A stretch of DNA of 64,000 nt from Oikopleura dioica. Lineage: Eukaryota; Animalia; Chordata. A program made the position numbers and the translations under genes. Location: NCBI GenBank assembly GCA_907165135.1, contig OU015567.1, forward strand, positions 14,818,001 through 14,882,000, read 5' to 3'. The notes beneath the pieces were generated by a model. The model was not told the DNA's origin. It worked only from the letters and a program-made list of their open reading frames with translations, and searched no databases. Below are positions 47,606 to 58,900 of this stretch, piece by piece (the first letter of the stretch is position 1; each line of letters begins with the position of its first letter).

Positions 47606-48509
47606 ATTCCTTCAAATATCAACCCTAATCAATAATCAACCCAGCCTTCATAAGTCCTGAGTCAGGTTTTATTCACCTTTTGCCGAGCCGAGCTTCGGAC
47701 GTCGAAAAAGTGTTTATGCAATGTGAAGAGCTTCGCCCTCAGCTAAGTTTGTCTGATTACGATCCAAATCTCTGTGGAAAAGAAAGCATCCGCAGTGGAA
47801 TCGCCTTTCATCCCTAGTTGAGCGCTCTTCCGCGACACACCCTGCTCAGATTATTTATTGAGTGAGTTCGAATTTTATCTAACCCGCTAATACGCCCGAA
47901 CTCCCGACCAGCCTCTCCCCGATTTTTTATTAGAAAATTAATTCAGTGTTAAAGATGGACCCACGTTTAAACAGATTGCCAGGCAGCTCGTCAACCTTTT
48001 CTCCAAAAGTTCAGCTTCGTTTTTCGCGATTTAGCTGCTAGTACGTGGTATTTCAAAGCCCTTTGGGAAGCGATTTTAATGCAAATTCCGCGCCATGGAG
48101 AATGATCAAACAAGTACCATTGTCAAGCGTTAGAAAGTCGGACACTAATTGTCACTTTTCTAAAATAGCCATTATCTGCGTCACAAGTTAAGTTCATTAC
48201 TGAATAAGTTATTCAGAATAACCATTCGGGAAAGGGGTTGGAGATCTCAAAACCTGAGTTTCCATTTTAGATTGTTTTTTGAGTATACATCGCGACATCC
48301 ATTTCTTTTATCAAAACAAAAGTGACTTTAGTTCTTCATCAATATTTTCTGAGAGATGACTTTTTAGATTTCTAAAGAGTACGAAAAAAATTAAAGAATT
48401 TTTTCATCTAACTTCGTCAAAAATGACTTACCTTAACATACCCCGACTTCATTTTTGACTAATTATCTCGCTTGAATTCAGATTGTTTCTAAAATAAAAT
48501 ACTTGCTGA

Positions 48510-48625
48510 AAATCGAGAAGCCGCTTGCGGCTTCGAGTAAAAAGAAAAAGCCGCGCCTTGCGCGGCTTTTGTTCTCGTATACTGAAGCCGCAAGCGGCTT
48601 CTCGATTTTCAGCAAGTATTTTATT
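48510..48625. mobile_element. Family A MITE core palindrome
   Basis: aaatacttgctgaaaatcgagaagccgcttgcggcttc...gaagccgcaagcggcttctcgattttcagcaagtattt. Confidence 0.75.
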
Positions 48626-49158
48626 TTAGAAACTATCAGAATTCCAGTGGTAATTAGTCAGTCAGAAATGAGAGTTTATAAATGGTTATACTGATGTTAC
48701 TTACTGTTCGTTTTAGCCTGAAGTTTAATCTTACGGTATTCCTCCTACTAAAATTTACGGAACATAAGAACAACATACCTCTATTTTTTGCATGAACATT
48801 TATGTCATACAAGAATACCTGTCGTTTTTAGATAGCCTTAGATCTGCCCGCTCATAGCATTCTTATTTTGTCAAGCATGCATATTTCCTTGAGCGCCACA
48901 CAGGGGTTCCACACCATCGATTCTAATTTTCTAAGTGAGCGGCGAGTTTTGTAAAAGTGATGACGAAATATTTTCTGGGTAAAATCTGAACCGATTCATT
49001 ACATATTCTATCCCCTGTCAGACGCGCCGCAATTTTGGGCTGGCTTGACAGCGCAGTTTTTGAAAGGAGACAAATTTCTAATTAATGATACAGCAAGGAA
49101 ATGCTTTGATTCTTTATTAACGGTTTAACGGTTCGAAATTTCACAGGTTCGATTGCCA

Positions 49159-49406
49159 CTGGACTCGGCAAACTGTGAATAAAACCTGAGTCAGGGTCAG
49201 AAAGATCTGAAATGAAAAGTCGCGTAGCGGCTTTTTTAAGAACGAAGCCGCGAAGCGGCTTCGCAAAAATTATTTTTTCATTCAATTGAGAAGTTCTTGC
49301 GAAGCCGCTTCGCGGCTTCGTTCTCAAAAAAAAGCCGGTATGCGACTTTTCATTTCAGTTCTTCCCGACCCTGACTCAGGTTTTTTACACAGGTTGCCGA
49401 GCCAAG
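49159..49406. mobile_element. Family A MITE copy (full length)
   Basis: Termini CTGGACTCGG...CCGAGCCAAG; flanks GATTGCCA/GAGTGCCA. Confidence 0.9.
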
Positions 49407-49804
49407 GAGTGCCAAGCTGGTCGGCCAGTCTTATCAAGAGTAACTCCAGTCGGCAAGTTGTCTGGAATCGCACCGTCTGAAAAAGAGAACCCCGCGGTTT
49501 AATATTTATGAATATTTCGCCGCGAAATAAACCTAATGAATGCATCGAAAACGCTTCTGCGGCAGCGCCTTCGTCGTGGATCAGTGACGTTTTCCCAGCG
49601 TATACGCTAGAGAAGGTGTTATCAAATAAAATATAACGCTGGGACTAAATCTGATCCAGTTCCTATTTCCTCCAGCTTGATATTTCGGTTTAGAAGTTCG
49701 GGCAGAAGAGCTTCGAGGGTGATTGATTCTGATTCGGGGCCGATTTGGATGTTTATTTTTGAAGGATCCTACAGATAAATGAAGAGAATATTCTTCGATT
49801 AATT

Positions 49805-50050
49805 TTAGCTCGACAAGGTGTGCAGAAAACCTGAGTCAGGGTTTAAAAGATATTTAATGAAAAGCCGCGTAGCGGCTTTTTTGAAAAAGAAAGCCGAAAG
49901 CGGCTTCGCCAAAGTTTAAAGAATGGATTCAAATAGTGTCTTGCGAAGCCGCTTTGCGGCTTCGTTTTCAAAAAAAGCCGCTTCGCGGCTTTTCATAAAA
50001 GATCTATTAGACCTTCACTCAGGTTTTCTCCACAGGTTCCTGAGCCCAGA
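49805..50050. mobile_element. Family A MITE copy
   Basis: gcagaaaacctgagtcaggg...ctcaggttttctccacaggttcctgagcccag. Confidence 0.85.
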
Positions 50051-50745
50051 TTTATTAGTACCTCCCCATGCATGTACTGAATAAGAGCATCTGTTGTACC
50101 ACCGCTGCCCTGAAATAACAGTTTTTTAGGCCCAGTTTTTTAAATTAAAACTTGAAAAATCGCTAAAACTCTGAGTGCGCGTTACCATAATAAGCGTTCC
50201 AAAAATGTTGGCCCCAGTTTTGAGTGCTCGGGGAATGTAATAAGCTTCTTTTAAAAGTTCAGGCCCTTTGTTGGCAAAAATGCACGTGATTTGGCCATAC
50301 TCGCCGACAATGCCGGTTAAAATCTGAAAGACGGCTTCTTCGTCGGTTCCAAGGGGGCTTCTTTAGTGAGAGTTTCTTTTGGTCGTGCACCGTGGTCTTT
50401 CGGGAAAAAACGTTGTTCAAAGGGAGAAGAATGTTATCTGGGTATTCTGCTCTAGCAATTTGCAACTCTCTATCCTTGAGGGAGTGAAGGGTCTTCCTGG
50501 CGAGGGTGCTCCAGTGAGAATGTGAAAATCGACGCCTTTGAAGAGGACAAAAACATGTGGCGAACGCGATAAACTTTGTGAAACGTTTTTATCCGTGAAA
50601 AGCCACGTGAAGCAAAAGTTATGACCACCTCGCATTTTGATTAGGTCAAAATGGAATTTAGTCCTTCCCTGGAAGGGGTTTGTTATTTTTAACAACATCA
50701 TGGGCAAGTTGATCGGACGAGACGATAACTTCGTAAGGGCTGATT

Positions 50746-50990
50746 CCGGACTCGGCAACCTGTGTTTAAAACCTGAGTCAGGATCTGAAAGATCTAAAAT
50801 GAATAGCTGCGTAGCGGCTTTTTCCAAAATAAAGCCGCAAAGCGGCTTCGAAAAAATACTATTCAAAGATATTGTTAACTTCTTGCGAAGCCGCTTTGCG
50901 GCTTCGTTTTTAAAAAAGCCGCTACGCGGCTTTTCATTTTAGGTCTTTCAGACCCTGATTCACGTTTTCAACACAGGTTGCCGAGCCCAG
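50746..50990. mobile_element. Family A MITE copy (full length)
   Basis: Termini CCGGACTCGGCAACC...GGTTGCCGAGCCCAG; perfect 8-bp TSD GGCTGATT (50738-50745 and 50991-50998). Confidence 0.92.
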
Positions 50991-52119
50991 GGCTGATTCC
51001 GATCGTTACGATTTTGACGGCTTTTGAACCTGTGTATGTTTTGACCAATTTCGGCAAAAGACTAAACATTCAAATCCGTGACTCAATAATTGCTCTCAAA
51101 GAAAGGAGAATCCGTGGCAGCTGAGACTTGATACTCTCTCTTTCTGCCTCTTCCGCTCATTGACAAATTGTCATCGATAGCCGTATTTGACGCTCACCTT
51201 GAGATGCCGAGTAAGCCGAAAGTCACCACAGCAACAGTTCTATTTCGTGCTTTAGCCGCCGCAGATTTCGCTTAAACTTACTGTGATGACACGAATGGTC
51301 CATTCGGAATGGAACGCATGACAAGTGTTCTACAATGTGGGCGAGGATTACCTAGCTTGTCGATGTAAAACTCGAGTTTGGAGATGGTAGCACGGTCAAG
51401 ACCGATTTTGTCCGCAGAAAGAAAGATCACCTGAACTCAAGTTCACGATATTTTTTTATAAATTAATTTATTTCAACTGCTTTCTACCTCATCAAATGCT
51501 TTCTCGAAGTAATATTTTATCAAAAGCTCTCGAACATCCCGAAAGTCCGTGTTTGATAAGTCGTTGAATCCTTAAAATAAAAGTTTTATTATTGGCAAAG
51601 AACATCTGTTCTTATCACGTCATAAAAATGTATGAGATCATAAATTCTTTCGGTGTTCAATGGTAAACCACTCGTGAAATTTTGAATTGGCTTGCAAACT
51701 TCCGAAAGTATGATATATAAAAAATTAAAACAAATAGAAAAAGCTCTCAAGTATGGTTCCGCCGTAAAATCTGACGTATTCTCAAGCTTCTTTAGAATTT
51801 TTTTGCAGAAAAAAATGTCGAGAAGGTCTTTTGAAAGCGATAGTTTCGATTTTACAATAAGCCCGCCAAGACCGAGATGGGGAAGAGCAAAGGTTGTTTC
51901 GATTGCTTCAGGTACTTAGCTTAAAATTCCAATCGATGATTGTGTGTGCGATTGACCGTCACGGAAGCTTTTATCAGAAGTAAATACGATAGAACTTTCA
52001 AAAAGTTCTTCCGATTTTTGACAGGGTGGCAAATAAGAGCTCATACTTTCCCAAGTATTTGAGATCATTTTTTGTCTTTGAAGTTATCTTAAAGTTTACC
52101 TATGCCTTTGACTAGGGGG

Positions 52120-52474
52120 CAAAGTTGCAAATTTTGTGAGCTAGCTGAGCTGAGCTATCTGAGCTAGCTGAACTAAAGCTCAGCAATTTTGAGGTGAGGG
52201 TCAGCTCAGCTCGATTTCTCTGAAGAAAGCCAGCTCTGCTCAGCTCAATGCTTCTTCGAAAAGGGCCAGCTCAGCTCAGCTAGCTCAATTTTGACCTCAG
52301 CATAGCTAGCTTAGCTCAGCTCGGTCTATTGAGCTGACCGAGATCGAACCACTTTTGATGCTTTTGAACCACTAGCTCACCTCAGTAATTCTTAAAAGAG
52401 GCCAGCTCAGCTCAGCTCAATTTCGCCCTCAGCTCAGCTAGCTCAGAAAAAATTTTCAAAAATTTGCAACTCTG
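52120..52474. mobile_element. Family B (GAGCT-repeat) MITE
   Basis: CAAAGTTGCAAATTTT...AAAATTTGCAACTCTG; flanks CTAGGGGG/CTATGGGG. Confidence 0.88.
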
Positions 52475-52901
52475 CTATGGGGCACAGTACCCCTTTATCT
52501 TTATAACAACGATTATAAAATATAGACAAACCAAATTCTCTTGACGGAAATAATCGACGGGATTTTTGTTCTGAAAATATTTGGCTTCGTATTTTCTTTT
52601 CAAATGCATAGCGTTACTGATGATACGATCCTTCCGGGTCATATTTTTTTCTTAGTTTGAAAAGGAAAGCTCAGAAGACGGGAAAAAGAGAGATAAAGAA
52701 CAATCATATTTGTGAAAGTTTCAACTCAGCAGATTAGGACAGGGATGCAAATAAGGATTCACCAGTGGTAAAATTTCCCAGTTACCACCATTCGGCGCCA
52801 TCCAAATATCAAACAAAGTATCGGCGAAAAGAAAACTTTTGAAGTGTTTGCATCTTTTTTCTTCTTATTGATCATTTTCATTCTCATAAAGTTCTATGAG
52901 T

Positions 52902-55900
52902 AGTAAATGAGCCAGAGATACGAAACGGTGGAAAGGCTCTCGCTGGGGGATGAGACCCAGGTCAAGTCGAAGGGGAGACTCAGACAGATTATTACTGTAA
53001 TTGGAGGTTTGTTGTTTTGAAAATGAAGGGAACTGATTCAAAATTGACATATCAATTTCGAATAAAACAAAAATATGCTGAATTTGAAGAAATTTCTTTT
53101 CAGCAATTATCGTCGTAATTGGCGTCGGAGTAACGATCCCCCTTGTTATTCACTTTACGAAAGATGACACCAGCTCCGCTACAACGTTGCCAATAAGCTC
53201 AACAACATCCCCCACAACATCAACAACACAATCATCAGCTGGAACATCATCGTCGACAGAAATTTTTACAACCATCGAGACTCACAAATTTTCAACAGGA
53301 ACTGGAATGATCCCTGTAATCTATCTCGCTCCCGAAAACTACCGTTCCATTAAATTACTATAACACGTTAATCAACTTTTCTTTTTTTGTGATATTATGT
53401 CAGTATTGTTTAATAAGCACAGTATTACAGTATCTGATCTGGGTAAATCCTCTGACAGCCGAGCCAAACGATGACAGCACCATAAAATCCACGACCGCGG
53501 CAGAACAAACTAGCGATTCTTCCCATACAACCAATAAAGATAGTCTATTTACTACTTATGCTCACACAAGTTCGCCTCATTGGAGCCCGACTGTTACTGA
53601 AGACATGTTTACTCATACTACTCCGGGAACACCACTTGGACCTTGCGAGTTGAATCCTTGCTTGAATGGAGGGATTTGTGAGGAAGAAGATGATGATAGT
53701 TTTACATGTAAATGTCAAGATGGGTTCTCTGGAGAGCTTTGTGAAATTACTCCATGCAGTGAAAATCCATGCTACAACGATGGAGTTTGTGAGATCTCTG
53801 GAAATTCATTCACATGCAACTGCCTTGAAGGATTTTTTGGAGAAAGATGTGAGCTTTCTCCTTGTGCACCAAATCAGTGCTTGAACGATGGAACCTGTAC
53901 AATTATCGACAACATTGATTTTAAATGCGAATGCTTTGGCGGCTTCTATGGAGAATTATGTGAACTAGGCAGTTGTGATTTGAACCCTTGTCAGAACGGA
54001 GCAACTTGCGAAGAAGAAAACGGAACTTATGTTTGCTTCTGTCCTGAGCATTTCTCTGGGGTCAATTGCGAAAATGATGCATGCACACCAAATCCCTGTG
54101 AAAACGATGGAATGTGTTTAGTGAACGAAGAAGGCTTTAAATGCGAATGCTTAGACGGCTACTCCGGTGAAATATGCGAAATAACACCTTGTGCGTCTGA
54201 GCTGTGTGAAAATGATGGCGTATGCATTGAAAGTGGAGACTCTTACATTTGCGAATGTCTAGATGGATTTAGCGGAGAGCACTGCGAAGAGACGCCGTGC
54301 TCGCTTGAACCCTGTTACAATGATGGAGTGTGCGTTGAAACTGGATCGTCTTACGAATGTCAATGTCCAACAGGCTTTTATGGAGAAAACTGTGAGTTCA
54401 GTCCTTGTTCTTCAGAACCATGTATAAATGGAGAATGCGAAGTTGTTGGAAGCGGTTATCAGTGCATCTGTCTCGATGGATTTTCCGGAGTCGATTGCGA
54501 ACTTGGCCGCTGTGATTCAAATCCTTGTTTAAATGAAGGTGTTTGCGCCGATGAAGAAGATGGCACTTATGTTTGCACATGCAAAGAAGGCTTTTCCGGG
54601 GTGAATTGCGAACTGACTCCTTGTGCTCCGAACCCATGCCACAATGACGGCACTTGCTCGATTGTTGGCTCTTCGTTCGAGTGCAAATGTCTTCCAGGAT
54701 ATTTCGGCGAAACATGCGAGGAAAATTCCTGCTCCGACGAGCCCTGTGAGAATGGAGGAAGTTGTAATCCCGTTGGCGAATCTTATGAGTGTATCTGCCC
54801 TGACGGTTACACCGGCGAAAATTGTGAGCAAACACCGTGTACGTCAATGCCTTGTTTGAACGAAGGAATTTGTACGATAACTCTTGACAGCTCTTACGAA
54901 TGCGAGTGCAAGGAAGGCTTCTCGGGGGTGAATTGTGAACTTGGCCCCTGTTCGTTGAGCCCCTGTCTGAACGAAGGAATTTGCAGTGAGAATCTTGATG
55001 GGTCTTACGTGTGTGACTGTTTAGACGGCTTCTCCGGGGAAAATTGCGAGAGAACGCCCTGCGCTCCCAACCCTTGCGAAAACGATGGAACTTGCTCCAT
55101 CCAGGGATCGAGTTTCACTTGCGACTGTCGTGAGGGATTTCTCGGGACGACATGTGAACTCACACCGTGTTCTTCTAAGCCTTGTCTAAACGGCGGCCTT
55201 TGCGAAAATATCGGCGATTCCTATTTGTGCGAATGTCCAAGCCCCTTTTTTGGCGAGAACTGCGAGTCAACCCATTGCTCTTCTGAACCTTGCCTCAACG
55301 GTGGAGAATGCATTGCTAACGAAGACGGTTATACATGCAAATGCACAGAAGATTTTTCTGGAGATAATTGCGAAATTGGCGCATGTTCTTCAAGCCCCTG
55401 TCTGAACGGAGGTGTTTGCGAAGATAAAGAAACGACTTATGAATGCCAATGTCCCGAAGGCTTCACCGGGGTCAATTGCGAAAAGACTCCTTGTTCAATA
55501 AATCCGTGTCAAAACGATGGGACGTGCTTGGTCGATGGAAGTTCATTTATTTGCACTTGTCTTCCTGGCTTTTCCGGAAATACTTGTGAGACCACTCCTT
55601 GTTCTTCCGATCCATGTGGCAATGAAGGAGAGTGCTTAGTTGTTGGCGGATCTTATCAGTGTCGCTGCAAGGAGGGCTTTTCCGGAATAAACTGCGAAGA
55701 AACTCCCTGTTCGAACAGTCCTTGTGGGGCGAATGGCTCGTGTCATGTAATTGAGGGATCGTATCAGTGCACCTGCAATGAGGGATTCTCTGGCAGCAAT
55801 TGCGAGATAAATCCTTGCACTCATAAACCTTGTCAAAACAACGGGGAATGCATAATTGACGGTGGATCATATCAATGTCATTGCGAACACGGCTTTTCCG

Positions 55901-58900
55901 GAAACGATTGCCAGATTACCCCTTGCGACGACATGCCGTGTCAGAACAGCGGAGTGTGCAGCATTTCTGACGGATCTTACCAATGTCAATGTCCAGAGGG
56001 ATTTTCAGGAAGGGATTGTGAGACGACTCCCTGTACAATTAATCCTTGCAAAAATGATGGAACGTGCGCTATAATTGGAAGCTCTTATCAATGCACGTGT
56101 TTGGACGGGTTTATTGGGCAAAATTGTGAGTCTGTGGTGATCGACTCTTGTGATCCAGATCCTTGCCAAAACGGAGGGGAATGTACGACGGATGGCGAAT
56201 CGTTTATTTGTTTGTGCCCTGATGGGTACACTGGGAACGACTGTAGTGTTACTCCTTGTTCGAATTCGCCGTGCCAAAATGGCGGCGAATGTATAATTAA
56301 TGAATCATCATACCAGTGTAAATGCGAAGAGGGATTTTCTGGCGAAAACTGTGAAACCACTCCTTGTTCGATCAACCCTTGTCAAAATGATGGAATGTGC
56401 TCGATTATTGGCAGCTCTTATCAATGCACTTGCTTAGAAGGCTTCACAGGACCAAATTGCGAATCTGAAGTTATAAATCCTTGTTCACCAAATCCATGCA
56501 ACAATGACGGTACCTGCGAAATAAGTGGAGATTCTTTTGTATGCACTTGTCTTGAAGGATTCTCTGGTAAGGATTGCAGTTTAACTCCGTGCGCTCCGAA
56601 TCCATGCAGCAATGACGGAACCTGCAATATCAATGGAGAGTCCTACACATGCGACTGTCGCGAAGGTTTCACTGGAAATAATTGTGAAACAACGCCGTGT
56701 TCCGGTAATCCTTGTCAAAACAGTGGCGACTGCATCATCATCGGGGGTTCTTATAATTGCAATTGTCAAGAAGGCTTCACTGGCGAAAACTGTGAAACTA
56801 CTCCATGCTCAAATAAGCCTTGCCAAAACAGTGGAGAATGCATCATCATCGGTGGATCATATGAGTGCAGTTGCGCTGATGGCTTTGTAGGTCCAAATTG
56901 CGAGGAAATAGAAATAACTCCGTGTCGCCCAAATCCTTGCAATTATGACGGAACTTGCACGATTATTGGCGATAATTACGTATGTAGCTGTCTCGAGGGA
57001 TTCTCTGGAAGAGATTGCAACATTACACCTTGCTCAGGACGTCCTTGTCAAAATAGTGGCGAATGCTCAATCATCGGCGGTTCCTACGAATGTTCTTGCC
57101 CGGACGGATACTCAGGTGAAAATTGTGAGAAGGATCCTTGCTGGAACAATCCCTGCAAAAACGAAGGACAGTGCAGCGTTAATGGAAGTTCCTACCAATG
57201 TAGCTGCAAAGATGGTTTCTCGGGCGACGAGTGCCAGATCACGCCCTGTTCCATCAACCCGTGTAAAAATGATGGCACGTGTAACATCGTCGGCGGATCA
57301 TATGAGTGCAAGTGTTTGGATGGCTTTGCAGGAGCAACGTGCGACCTGACTCCCTGTGTTCCGAATCCTTGTGGAAATTACGGAACTTGCTCGCTTATTG
57401 GAGATAGCGGAGATTACAACTGTGCCTGCCTCGAAAGTTTTGCTGGAAAGAACTGTGAGCTCACACCGTGCGCACCAAACCCATGTGAAAATGACGGAAC
57501 TTGCTCTATCAGCGGAGATTCTCATGAGTGTCAATGTCTAGAAGGCTTCTTCGGTCCCAATTGCAATATCACTCCCTGCTCTAACAGGCATAGTTCTCAA
57601 ATTCCAGTACTTGAGAAAGTAGCGTAAAGCGTAATGGACTGTTATTTTCAAATCAACCTTCGTAACGGACATTTTTATGAACTCTTAATAAGCCCTTGCC
57701 AAAATGGAGGTGAATGCTCAATTTCAGGTGGATCTTTTGATTGCTCGTGTCCGGAAGGATTCAGTGGCGAGACATGTGAAACTACTCCCTGCTCATCAAA
57801 TCCGTGTCTCAACGGCGGAACCTGTAATATAGACGGCGGTTCTTACATCTGCAGCTGTCCCGAAGGCTTCTCCGGGAATCAATGCAACGTTACTCCTTGC
57901 TCAGATGATCCTTGTTCTAACGGCGGCTCCTGCACGATTAATGGCAGTTCTTACGAGTGTAAGTGTCCAGATGGTTTCTCCGGATCGCAATGTCAGGTCA
58001 CGCCTTGCACACCTAATCCCTGCCAGAATGATGGTCAGTGTTCGGTCGTCAACGGATCGTTCCAGTGCCAGTGTCGCGAGGGATTTTCCGGTTCACTGTG
58101 CCAAACCACGCCGTGCTCTTCTAAACCGTGTCTCAATGGCGGAGAGTGCTCAGTTACTGGCGGCTCTTATCAATGCAGTTGTCCTGATGGATTTTCTGGA
58201 AATAATTGCCAGAATACTCCTTGCACAGGAAATCCTTGCCAGCACGGCGGTGATTGCACAATCAGCGGTGGCTCGTATCAGTGCAGTTGTAAAGAAGGTT
58301 TCTCCGGGAACGATTGCTCTACGACGCCGTGCACAGGAAATCCTTGCCAGTATGGAGGTACTTGCTCAATCAGCGGTTCGTCTTACCAATGTGCTTGCGA
58401 ACCCGGCTTTTCTGGAAAGGATTGCACGACTACTCCTTGTTCTGGAAGCCCATGCGAAAATGGAGGGACTTGCTCGATTAGTGGTGGCTCCTACCAATGC
58501 GGTTGCCCGAATGGATTTTCTGGAAACGATTGTCAAATAACACCTTGCACAAATAATCCCTGCCAGCACGGTGGTGGATGCTCAATTAGCGGTGGTTCAT
58601 ACCAGTGCAACTGTAACGAAGGATTCTCCGGTAATGATTGCTCCACAACGCCTTGCACAGGAAATCCATGTCAACACGGAGGCAGTTGCTCGATCAGCGG
58701 TTCATCTTACCAATGCAGCTGTCAAGACGGTTATTCTGGAAAAGATTGCTCAACGACTCCTTGTACAAATAATCCGTGTAACACTGGCTCGTGTTATGTC
58801 GTCGGAGGGTCATATCAGTGTAGTTGCCCTGATGGGTATTCTGGGAATCAATGCCAATACAATCCTTGCTCTGGAAGCCCTTGCCAAAATGGCGGTAGTT

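Larger units (their letters stand above)
49080..52080 (-). pseudogene. Fragmentary multi-exon coding-like sequence interrupted by MITEs; product unknown
   Basis: Exon-like frames with GT/AG-type boundaries (e.g. LENTSDFTAEPYLRAF...YDVIRT; MFSLLPKLVKTYTGSKAVKIVTIGISPYEVIV). No coherent model obtained. Confidence 0.25.

Noticed and set aside
47820-47910. tRNA/SINE-like GTTCGAAT box
   Set aside because: No cloverleaf or matching A box found.
35552-50942. ORFs such as 35552-35830, 39823-40059, 49082-49327 and 50637-50942 as transposase
   Set aside because: Chance frames through family A MITEs; no DDE motifs.
50470-51060. Cytochrome P450 N-terminus
   Set aside because: Only a vague resemblance; no downstream P450 motifs seen.
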